A stretch of 64,000 nt of DNA from IMG/VR virus record IMGVR_UViG_3300033120_000148, positions 11,764-75,763 of that record; one strand, 5' to 3'. The stretch comes from a virus (lineage: Duplodnaviria; Heunggongvirae; Uroviricota; Caudoviricetes; Crassvirales). Both the position numbers and the translations under genes were made by a program. Positions 1 to 11,213 of this stretch are shown piece after piece (the stretch's first letter is position 1; each line of letters opens with the position of its first letter). A model generated the notes under the pieces. That model worked only from the letters and a program-made list of their open reading frames with translations, was not told the origin of the DNA and did no database searches.

Positions 1-1
1 T

Positions 2-36
2 TAAGGAGAGTTGATTTTTCAATTCTCCTTATTTTT
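2..36 (+). terminator. Rho-independent terminator: 12-bp hairpin (AAGGAGAGTTGA/TCAATTCTCCTT, one G.U) followed by ATTTTTTAT
   Basis: Inverted repeat plus T-tract read directly. Likely ends an upstream plus-strand gene outside the window. Confidence 0.5.
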
Positions 37-100
37 TATATATAGTAAATTACTATATAAGTACAATAAATTTAATAAAATCCTTGTTACATTGATATAT

Positions 101-121
101 TTTTAGTATCTTTGCAGCAAG
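101..121 (+). promoter_or_regulatory. Bacteroidota-type promoter, -7 element TATCTTTG (TAnnTTTG) inside extended motif TTTTAgTATCTTTGCAgCAA
   Basis: Sits ~28 nt upstream of the ATG at 142. A near-identical motif recurs at 6958-6978. Matches the Bacteroides sigma-A -7 consensus TAnnTTTG. Confidence 0.5.
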
Positions 122-141
122 GATTTTTAATATTATTAAAT

Positions 142-852
142 ATGAGTAAATATAAAGAACTAGTATATATGGTTCTAGATGAATTGAAACTAATTTCTGA
201 TGATTCTACCTTTACAGAAGATCACATTATATTTCAACTTAATAAATATAGAACAATGTTATTAAAGTAGAAGTATAGTGATGTAAAAAAATAGATACCA
301 GAAAGCAATTATTAGTCTATAGTTTTACCATTATAGGATATAGTACAAGTAGATTCATCTATACATTACTATTAGTCTACTAATAAAGTTCCTATAATGA
401 TACCTATAGGACAAGCAAGAGTAACTCCAATAGATTATTATATAGGAGAATTAACTCTTATATCTAAAGAAAGAATGAGATATGTTGGTTACAATAAGTA
501 TCTAAAGAATATAGCATATTGTTCTATATCACCAGATTATTATCTTATGTTCTACTAGTCTCCTTTAGCTGCTACACCTTTATCTAGAGTCAGGCTTACA
601 GCAGTATTTGAAGATGCTGATAAAGCAGCTTTACTTGCATATGGTAATACTGAAACTAATTTAATGGAATTAGATTTTCCAATTGAGGAAGGTATGATTC
701 CTTAGTTAATACAATTTGTAGTAAAAGAAATTGCAGGACCTTCTTGGAAACCTAAGGATGATAATAATAATAGTAGTGATGATTTATCAGAACTAGCTTC
801 ATTTGTAGCTAGAAATACTAAATCAGGATTACAGCAATAGATGGAAAGTTAA
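142..852 (+). CDS. Hypothetical late/virion protein, 236 aa, translated with TAG as sense (~12 in-frame TAG), TAA stop
   Basis: Single frame from ATG 142 to TAA 850-852 has no TAA/TGA but many TAG. The ORF track reports nothing here because of the TAGs. Confidence 0.55.
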
Positions 853-1382
853 TGGAAGATATTAAACAGTTTAAAGCCAGAGTATTAAAGATACATGATA
901 CTAGAACACATAAAGTAAATAATTCTTTAGGTGTATATGATTCCTATAAATGGCTAAGAAAGAATAAATGGTTTGATATAGGGCATGTAGATGAACATAC
1001 TTATTATACTATAATAAGAGAAATTAATAAACTTATGGCACAAGAATTAAGTAATGGTAACCCTATTACATTACCTCATAGACTTGGTAAACTAGAATTA
1101 AGAAAGAACTCTGCTAAAATATATAGAAAGGATGGTAAAATAAAGACTAATTTACCTATAGATTGGAATAGAACTTTACAACTGTGGCATGATGATGAGA
1201 CAGCTTGTAATGACAAAGTTTTAGTAAGACAAGAATCTAAGGAAATATTTAGAGTTATTTATAATAGATCTAGAGCAAGTTTTACTAATCAATGCTTCTA
1301 TACATTTAATATTAATAGGGATATTAAGAAGAGTTTAAAAAATAATATTAAAACTGGGAGGATGGATGCCTTCATATTATAA
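852..1382 (+). CDS. Hypothetical protein, 176 aa, with no TAG codons although embedded in the recoded block
   Basis: Intact ORF in the track. Its start overlaps the previous stop (TAATG) and its stop overlaps the next start (TAATGG). Uses CAA/CAG for Gln. Confidence 0.6.
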   Translation: MEDIKQFKARVLKIHDTRTHKVNNSLGVYDSYKWLRKNKWFDIGHVDEHTYYTIIREINKLMAQELSNGNPITLPHRLGKLELRKNSAKIYRKDGKIKTNLPIDWNRTLQLWHDDETACNDKVLVRQESKEIFRVIYNRSRASFTNQCFYTFNINRDIKKSLKNNIKTGRMDAFIL

Positions 1383-2089
1383 TGGAATCAAATTATATAT
1401 CAATAAAACAAATATTAGATAATGTTCTAGTGCATCCTATGTTATAGGATGTTACATTAGAAAGAGCTGTTTCCTATGCTATAGATTTTATGAGGATTGT
1501 AGGTATGCCTACAATATTCATGGAGAAAGTTACAACACTAGAATTAGTGGATAACAGAGTACTATTACCTGATGATTTCTTTGAAGTTATATAGATTAAA
1601 ATGACTTCAAATAAAAGGGCTGAGGTATTTAGAAGCTCTGGAGATAGTTTTCATATGGACACACCTACAGATGAGACATTGCAATCTCATGCTTTATAGG
1701 AACTAACCTATAAGATATAGGGAGGAGTTCTAATAGCTTCTGTATCTACAGGAACTATATCTTTAGCTTATAGAGCCATCCCTTTAGATACAGATGGTTA
1801 TCCATTAGTAATAGATAATAGTCCATTTACTAGAGCTTTAGAATTATATATTAAAAAGTAGGCTTTTACTATCTTATTTGACATGAATAAGATACCTATG
1901 AATGTGTATTAGAACACAGTTAGAGAATATGCTTTTGCAGTAGCTTAGGCTTCCTCTTCTCTTACAAGACTTAATATAGACCAAATGCAAAGCTTTACTA
2001 ATATGTGGAATACTCTAATACCTAGAGTAACTGAGCATCATAATAGTTTTAAAACATTAGGTTCTCAGGAAAAATTAAAAATGTAGTAA
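1382..2089 (+). CDS. Hypothetical late/virion protein, 235 aa, TAG read as sense, TAA stop
   Basis: Frame starting at ATG 1382 runs to TAA 2087-2089 with ~12 in-frame TAG and no TAA/TGA. Confidence 0.55.
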
Positions 2090-2090
2090 T

Positions 2091-5000
2091 ATGGTAGTAA
2101 AACATTCTTCACATTTAATTAAGGGAATGCAGCAAGATTCCAGTCCTTCTATTGCTAATAGTGAGTATGCAATAGATGCTAGAAATATTAGAATTACAGC
2201 AAGAGAGAATACTTCTCTATTTTCTGTAGTAAATGAGAAAGGTAATATTGAAATTACTTTAAAGACAATTAATGGTACTGATGCTACTTTGATAGGTGAT
2301 TATGTAGGACATGCAGTCTTAAATAATTACTTAGTAGTATTTATGCACTCATCAGACTATGACTATATCTATAGACTTGAAAAGAAAATAGATTATAAGC
2401 TTGTAGAATTCTTAGAAGTAGTAACTCTATACCAAGGAAATTTAGGTTTAGATGTCAGTCATCCTTTGGAAACTTTGCCTATATTTGAAAATGAAGACAT
2501 CTAGAAAATATACTGGACTGATGGACTAAATCAACCTAGAGTTATTAATATAGTTGCTACTTAGAATGTAAGAGCTAAATATACTTCTACATCATTTGAT
2601 TTTGTTAGAAAACTTAATCTATAGGAGAAGGTAACAATTAATAGAAATGTAGTAACAAATGGTTTATTTTCTCCTGGGGTACTATAGTATGTATTTACAT
2701 ACTATAATAAATATGCTTAGGAAAGTAATATATTCTATACTTCTCCTCAGTATTATACCTCATTTAATAATAGAGGAGCATCTCCTGAAGATAGTATAAG
2801 TAACAGCTTTGATATAAATATCTCAAACATGGATTATAACTTTGATTATGTTAGAGTTTATTCTATTATGAGAACTTCTATTGATGCTACACCTACTTGT
2901 AAAAGAGTTATAGATATAGCTTTACCTACATCTTAGGAATATTCAATAAAATAGTCTACAGAAACACTATAGACTACAGATAAACTGGTGTGGTATGATG
3001 GAAAAAGCACATATTCTACAGATACAAATCCTACTGGAAGTTTTACAATATTAAGTAGTTATGCCTATATATAGCATGTAACTTCTTCTGGATATACTAT
3101 GATATATAATAGTTTTAATGAGGGTGATGTTATTAATCTATCATTTACTAATGGTGATAATAATACTAAAGTATATACAGTAGATATTACTAGACCCACA
3201 TCAATTACTTATACAGATACAGGTACTCAAGGATCTACTATAGATCCTACTGAACTACTATATGTAGGAGGTGAAGAGGTTATATTTGGTACAATGAACT
3301 AGAAAGATAATACACTATTTCTAGGTGATATAACTCTAAAAAGAAAATTATTAAGTACTTAGTTAAGGACTTTAGTAGCTTCTCATCTAGTGAATTTTAA
3401 TTATGCTCTAGATGATATAGGTAGTTATAAACGTCTAAATCTACCTTCAGCATCTGGTTATTATCCATATGATAATTAGCTTAAGTATAACTCAAGTCAG
3501 ATAAAGACATTTAAATATCTTGAGTACTATAGATTTGGTATCCAAGCTTAGCATTATACAGGTAAATGGTCAGAACCTATTTGGGTAGATGATGAACAGA
3601 ATTTAGTTCCTATTAGTAATGACCCTACATAGGGAAGTAACAGCTTTAATACTGTAAAATTAGTTACAGCTTCTACTAACTTTGGTAGTGATATTATACA
3701 AATGCTACTTGACTAGGGGTATGTTAAAATTAGACCTGTAGTAGTATATCCTACTATTAATGATAGAGAAGTAATATGCCAAGGTGTATTATGCCCTACA
3801 GTATATAATGTTAAAGACAGACATGAGAATGCTCCATTTGCTTAGTCTTCATGGTTTATAAGACCTAATGCTCCATTTGATTTAAAGAAATCATTTGATA
3901 TGAAAGCAGATGGAACTAATATATCTGATATGCACTTATTAGGGGATTATACTACTACAGATATAGTATCTAGAGGTGGAATATTATCAGCAGGTAGATC
4001 TACAATAAAAGATGTACAGCCCGATGGCTCTATAAAATATATACCTATTGATGTATCTAACTTTGGGGATTGGGCTGAATTTAGGCATAATTATCCAATA
4101 CCAGATAACTTATCTAGACAGGCAGAAATTCAATCAATTTCTTCTCCACCAAGTAATCCTTACACTCAATATAATGAAGATAATTTAATAAATGATTATA
4201 TTGATTCTAATAAGTAGAATTATTATGTTGACTAGTCTATTTTAACATTCCACTCTCCTGATATAGAATTTGATTCAGAAGTAAGAAGTTTAGATTCTTC
4301 TAATTTAAAACTTAGAATAGTTGGAGTTGTTCCATTAACTTCATTTTATAGTGATATTGAGTTAAATACTTCAACTCCTGTATTACAATTTAAGGGTACA
4401 TCTGACTTGCCAAATGGTTTCTATAAAGAAAGAATGAGTGCTTAGAATCTATTCAATACACCAGGCTCTCTTGGAATATCTACTAAGTTAAAATCAGAAT
4501 CTAATTTTGGATGGAGAGGATGCTAGGCAGCACCAATGTGGTTTGATGAAGTATATGATTCTACTTACAATACTAATACTGATCATAAGGTTACAGGATT
4601 TGTAGTATATCCATGGCATAGAAGTGGATCTATGAATAATCAAAAGAATGGAGAAGGTGATAGTAAATATAGATACTCATTACTTCAAAAGAAATAGATG
4701 TCGACTATAAGATTTTCTTATAACACTTTCTATTTAAGTATTAATAATTTATGGAATGCTTATATAAAGGATTCTACTACTAATACTGGTATATCAGGAG
4801 TAAATATATTTGACTCTGATTAGATCTCAGTTACTAAGATTAAAGCTTAGGAAAACTCAGGATTATAGGATATAAATTACTATGGAAATATTGATAAGTT
4901 ACTAATAGGAAATTACTCTGGCAGCTCAAATGCTGGTTATACTATAGCTATAGGTGGGTCTATGAATGATTCCTCTACTAATATTCATAGTATATTCTCT

Positions 5001-6863
5001 GCTCCTAAATATAAATCTTGCTCCTCTTTAGCTAATGCTGGTAATATATCTGGTACAGACCCTGTTAGAATTAAATATAAATCTACTGCTCATGCAGTTC
5101 TAGCATTAAATTATGCTAAAGATGGGAGTCAGAGAGTTTTACCAACAACTTATGATAGTAGCTATTACTATGGAACTAATGGATAGACTTGGGCTATAAA
5201 TAATGTAGGAGGTAATTTCTCAGATGTAACAGGTACTGAATCTAATGTAACAGGTTATGATGATAGGGGGGAGCCTACATATGAGGATCAAACAATTTCT
5301 TATAATGTTTGGGGATTCTGGGATAAGAAACATATTACAAAATCTGTAAGTCAAGATACTCTTAATGTGGGTAAAATAGGTGATAGTTCTGAAGGTACTA
5401 TTCAATATGGATGGTTATGGTTAGGAGAACTTTATAATGACTCTGTAACTAATAGATTTGGTGGTAAAACTGAGGAAGCTTTTGAAAATAATAAATGGTT
5501 ACCTTGTGGTAGCCCTATTAATTTAAAGTAGGCTAATGGTACTACTAAAACTTCAGTAAATGTTATATGGTCTGAGGGTGATACTTACTATTAGAGATAT
5601 GATAATCTAAAGACATTCCCATTTACAAATGATGATATAAATCAGGTAACAGATATAGTATCATTTATGGTAGAAACAAGAGTTAATCTTGATGGTAGAT
5701 ATGATAGAAATAGAGGACAAACAAGTAATATAACTATGAGTCCTACTAATTTTAACTTAATGAATAATGTATATAGTTAGAAGAATAATTTCTTTACTTA
5801 TAATACCGTTAATCCTAACAAGTTAAATCTAGATAATTTCCATAATTCTATCACATGGACTAAGTCTAAGACTATGGGGGATCTAATAGATACTTGGACT
5901 AATATTACAATGGCTTCTACTTTAGATTTAGATGGTGATAAAGGTATAGTAAGATCACTTAAAAAGTTTAATAATGAAATATATGCTTTTTAGGATAGAG
6001 GAATAAGTAATATTCTATTTAATTCTAGAACTCAATTATCTTCAACAGATGGAATACCAATTGAAATAGCTAATAGTGGAAAAGTTGATGGTAAAAGATA
6101 TATAGCTACTAATCTAGGTTGTGCTAATAAATGGTCTATAAATGAGACTTCTAATGGTATATATTTTGCTGACAAAGAGAATAATTCAGTTTATTTATTT
6201 GATGGTAAATTTAGTAGTTTAACAGATAAATTTGGTTTTAGAAAGTGGCTTGGTGATTAGACTCCATACTTTAATAATTTTAGAACTTACTGTGATAAGA
6301 ATAATTCAGATATTTACTTTAATGTAAATAATGGTGACTCATCATCATAGTGTTTATGCTTCTCTGAATTCTTAAATCAGTTTACTTCTTTTATGTCATA
6401 TACAGATGTAGACTCTATGTTTAATCTGGGAAGTGACTTCTATGCTATTAAAAATAATAAGATATGGCATAACTTTGAAGGTGAATATAATATGTTCTTT
6501 GGTACATTCTAGCCTTTTAGTCTAACAGTTATATCTAATTAGGATGAAAATCTAGATAAGATATATAATAATATTGAATTTAGATCTGATACTTTTAATG
6601 GGCAAGTTTCTACTAATAATACTTTTGATACACTGGATGTATGGAATGAATATCAACATGGTACTATGAGTTTAATAAATACTAAAGATAAACCTTCTTC
6701 ACTTAAAAGAAAGTTTAGAGTATGGAGAACATTAATACCTAGAGATAATATAAATAGTAGGGATAGAATTAGAGGTACTTGGGCTTATGTAAAGTTAGCT
6801 ATGAATAATCCTAATACTTTTAGAACTCAATTATATGACTTAAATGTTCATTTCTTTGAATAA
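2091..6863 (+). CDS. Giant virion/tail-type structural protein, ~1590 aa, TAG recoded as sense
   Basis: All five track fragments (2091, 3099, 3900, 4962, 6666) are in the same frame. Codon-by-codon reading finds only TAG between them, no TAA/TGA, ending at TAA 6861-6863. A 4.7-kb frame free of TAA/TGA in ~30% GC DNA is non-random. Confidence 0.6.
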
Positions 6864-6887
6864 TGTAGTATAATTATATATAATATA

Positions 6888-6937
6888 ATGGGTAGATTAA
6901 GTTAAATCTTAGTCTACCCATAATTATTTTAATTAAG
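6888..6937 (+). terminator. Rho-independent terminator: 14-bp stem (ATGGGTAGATTAAG / CTTAGTCTACCCAT, one U.G), 6-nt loop, then AATTATTTTAATT
   Basis: Perfect inverted repeat immediately after the TAA of the 1590-aa gene, followed by the promoter motif at 6958-6978. Confidence 0.6.
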
Positions 6938-6957
6938 TTATTGTATATATCAATAAT

Positions 6958-6978
6958 TTTATTTATCTTTGCAACAAA
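6958..6978 (+). promoter_or_regulatory. Bacteroidota-type promoter, TATCTTTG -7 element inside TTTTATTTATCTTTGCAACAA
   Basis: Second copy of the motif seen at 101-121. Sits ~19 nt upstream of ATG 6990. Confidence 0.5.
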
Positions 6979-6989
6979 ATTTATATAGT

Positions 6990-9416
6990 ATGACTAAGAA
7001 ACAAGTTATAAGAAAGTCTAATAGAACACTAAATATATTTGCAGACGGAGGAACTACTGATAAAAAACCTACTGACAGTAAAGGATCTATTATAAATTCA
7101 TTATCAGGAGTTGGAGGGTCACTAGTAGGATCTATTGGTGGTGGTCTAGTTGGTGGTGGATTATAGTCTGGAGCAGGCTCTGCAATAAGTGGAATTGGAT
7201 CTACTGTTGGTGGAGCAGTTGGAGCAGTTAATCCATTACTGGGTGGTATAATAACAGCAGGCTCTGGTATTGTAGGAGGTTTAACAAATAGGATGTTTGG
7301 TTCTAAATTAAATAATTAGAAAATATCAGATATTTAGAGTTAGAATAATACTTTAAATACTACTATGCTTGATAGTAGTAATAATGATACTGTAGCTAGT
7401 TAGTGGGCATCATAGGGTTTTGGTGATAACTTTACTAGATCTGATATAGGAAAAGATGGCTGGTTTAGTAATAAAGCTGAAAATAAATATAAAGAATTAT
7501 AGCTTCAATAGAATGTTGCTAGAAATAGAATGATGGAGTCATATAATAATGCTGCAGATAATGCTGATGAGACTTAGGACTAGTTAGCTTTAACTAACTT
7601 CGCTGCTTATGGTGGACCACTTAATATATATGCTGAAGGTGGTAATCTACATTAGAAAGCTGTTACATATAAAAATAGGTTAGAAGCTGTAAGAGGACCT
7701 ATGAATGATGACTATGACTATACAGGATACTATATGAAGTATCCTAAAAAAGCAGAGGCAATGATTAAAGGAGATAAAAAAGCTCATTTTACTGATGAAT
7801 TTAAATTACCAAATCATGCTACTTTCTCTGATGAATCTATATACTCTAAACAAAGAGGTGGTGGAACTTAGGAAGGTGGACACTGGGGTTATTCAAATGG
7901 ACATGATACATTTAATGTATCTCAAGATAACTTTAATAATAATCCTAATCTTGGTTAGTATTTTATGCAGAATGAACCTAGTAGTATTCCTATATATAAT
8001 GGGGGAATATTATTACCACAAGTTACTATTTAGGGTAATAGATTTGCAGAAGGTGGTGAACTAGATGATTTAAATAATCATGGAGCTACTTGGTCTAATG
8101 GAGTTACATATATTAATAATGGTGGAACTCATGAAGAAAACCCTAATGAAGGTGTTTAGGTTGGAGTAGATTCTTAGGGAAATCCTAATCTAGTAGAAGA
8201 AGGTGAGGTAAAATGGAATAACTATATATTTAGTAATAGAATATTTGCTAATAAAAAAGGCTTAAAAGCTAGTAATTTGCCTACATCTTTAGATAATAAT
8301 TCATTTGCTTCAGCAGCAGAGAAAATTAGTAAACAATCAAAAGAGATGCCTAATGACCCTATTAGTAAAAGATCATTAAATGTATCTCTCTCAAGATTAT
8401 AGTAGTTACAAGAAAGTATGAGACAAAAGCAAAATAAAACATAGAATAGTAATCCTAATAAATTTGCAATTGGAGGTCCAACTGGAGATACATTTGAAGC
8501 CCCATTCAAAATGAGAGCTGATGGTACTTATCCTATTAATGATACTTATAGTTTACCTATTTAGAACCCAACTAAAGATTCAACTAAACGTGGTAAATTA
8601 TCATTATCTGATACTGCAATATCAGATATGTATAATGATAATTTAGTTAAATCAGCTACAAATACTAAGCTTGGTTTTAAGGTACCAGATATGGTAACTA
8701 CAACTAAGAAACCTCCTAGTGATCCTAATAATTTTGACAAGGGATTACCATTTTTAAGATATGCCCCAGCTATAGGTTCTGGTGTAGCAGCTTTCACTGA
8801 TATGATGGGATGGACTAATAAACCAGACTACAGTGGAATAAATAAAATAAGTGACACTGTAAATCACATGTCACCTGCTTCATATAGACCCATAGGTGAC
8901 TATATGACATATAAGCCACTAGATAGAAATTACTATTAGAATATGCTTGACTCATAGGCTGAATCTACAAAGAGAGGTATAGTTGAATAGTCAGGTGGAA
9001 ATAGAGCTACAGCTATAGCAGGTTTACTTGCAGCAGATTATAATGCTTAGAGTAAAGTTGGTGAACTAGCTAGATAGGCAGAAGAGTATAATCAAGGACT
9101 AAAGGAAAGGGTTAAATCATTTAATAGAGGTACAAACTAGTATAATTCAGACTAGGCTCTAAAAGTAGATGAACTTAATATGAATCTTGATAGACTTAAA
9201 TATGAATCTTCTGTACAACAAGCACAAATGAGATAGGAAGCTTTAGCTAGAGCTACTGCTGCTAGAACTGCTAATATTTCTAACTTCTTTAATAACTTAG
9301 GTGGTATTGGAAGAGAGGATACACAGAAGAATTGGATTAGATCAAACCCTGGTTTCCTATATGATATTAGTGATAACGGTATATCTTATAAAAATAAAAA
9401 GAAAGGAGGTAATTAA
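6990..9416 (+). CDS. Virion structural protein, ~808 aa, Gly-rich N-terminus (GGSLVGSIGGGLVGGGLQSGAGSAISGIGSTVGGAVGAV), TAG recoded
   Basis: Frame 0 from ATG 6990 (the track's 6969 start is a TTG) to TAA 9414-9416. Contains track fragments 6969 and 8628. Many in-frame TAG, no TAA/TGA. Confidence 0.6.
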
Positions 9417-9417
9417 T

Positions 9418-11205
9418 ATGTCAGATTATAGTTTAGTTGTAAATTCACAATTTTAGCCATTTTCATATTAGGAAATGTTAGCTCCTGTGTTACAAGCAAC
9501 CTAGGCACAGCAAGATATAGAGAATCAGTATAGTATGCTTGATTCTGAGGCTAATACTATTTAGTAGAGAGCTTTAACAGATAGTAATTCTGAATGGGCT
9601 AAGAAATATACTACTTATACAAAATAGTTAGAGGACTCTGCTGCAGATTTAGCAGCAAATGGTTTAACTCCATCATCTAGGAGTTCTTTATTAAAATTAA
9701 AAAGAGACTATTCAAGCAATGTAAATCCTGCTTTAATGGCTATCCAAAGATAGGCTGAAATAGCAAGAACTTAGTAGGCTAAAAATGGTGAGGGAGTAAG
9801 AATGGTTTATGGAGCAATGCCTTCCATTGACTAGTTGATAGCTGATCCTAATTTAGATAGAGTTAGTTATAGTGGTAAGGACATTGAAGCTTCTGCTGCA
9901 AATTCTGCTGCTGCTGCTTCTGCAAGACATGTAATAGATAACTTTAAGAAAGACCCAGCTAATGCTGGTTGGATGAAACATATTAAAGAAACTGGATATA
10001 GTTCACAAGCATTTAATGCCTTACTTAATGAAGCTAAGAATTCAAGTGATCCTAATGTAAATATATTAGCATAGATTACAAATTAGGTTAAGCAACAATT
10101 TGGTAACTTTGAAGGAGTATCTGATGTAGATAAACATAGACTAGAAGGTGAAATACTATCAGGTTTATTCAAAGGTTCTGTATATAGAAATGAGGATAAC
10201 TATTAGACAGATCCTATCTATATGGCTAATTTACAATCTAGTCTTGAGGAAGGTAGATAGATTAGAGCTGAGAATAGAGCACTTGCTAGAGAGAACCCAG
10301 GTAATACATCTACTAATGGTGTAGCACCTAATCCTATTAATATGTATTCTCCTAAAGAGAAGAAGGAACAAGCTGATGCAATATCTAAATTTAAGCAGTA
10401 TTTCTATAGAGATAACTCTGGTTAGGTTAAAATGACTTATAAAGGACTACAAGAATATAGAAGAAATGCAGCTATAGTACCAACTGTAGCAGGGTCTGGT
10501 GGAGGAACAGCAGCTTTAATGAATGCAGAAACAGCTATGGGTAGAAAGAGAGGTTATCAACCTACTTAGTTCAAAGTATTTATGGATAAACTTGGTGCTA
10601 ATCATTATATAGATAGTAAGAAATTTAAAGGTGGTAAGGGTTGGCAACCAGGCAATGTAGGTAATCTTTGGTCTAGATATAGTTCTGCAAATAATGCAGG
10701 TAAATATGATGCTACTAAAGCTACTCAATATGAGTATAAAATTGCTAAAGATCAATAGGATCTTACAAAGGATAATATAGTTATGGCTTTAAAGAATTAG
10801 CCAGCATATGAAGTAGCATTTAATGGTACTACATTAGCTAGAACTCATAAAGTTCTTTCATATAGTGATCTATATACAAATGGTAGAGTAGTAGCTACAA
10901 GATTGAGTCCTTATGGTAATACATTTGTAGTCATTGATAAATCAGGAAAGGTTAGTGAATATGAAATGCCTCCTGGAATTAATCCTACTAATGAAGGTAA
11001 CAGAGATAAATTGCTAAAACAATTACCTACAATGTAGTAGGTATTAAAAACTGGCAAAGCTGGTAATCATATATTAAAGCCTAAGGAAAAGGAAGACTTA
11101 CAAAGTCTATATAATTAGAATATATAGAATGCTTACATGTATAACTCTTAGCTCAATGTAACTAATACTACAGAACCTTAGAAGGCTTATCCTTATTCTT
11201 ATTAA
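9418..11205 (+). CDS. Hypothetical virion protein, ~595 aa, TAG recoded
   Basis: ATG overlaps the previous stop (TAATATG). Frame 1 contains track fragment 9835 and ends at a triple TAA (11203-11211). Confidence 0.55.
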
Positions 11206-11213
11206 TAATAAAT

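Noticed and set aside
9396-9420. AAGGAGGT Shine-Dalgarno-like sequence before ATG 9418
   Set aside because: It lies within the last codons (KKGGN) of the preceding gene. Other gene starts lack SD sequences, as expected for Bacteroidota, so it is probably coincidental.
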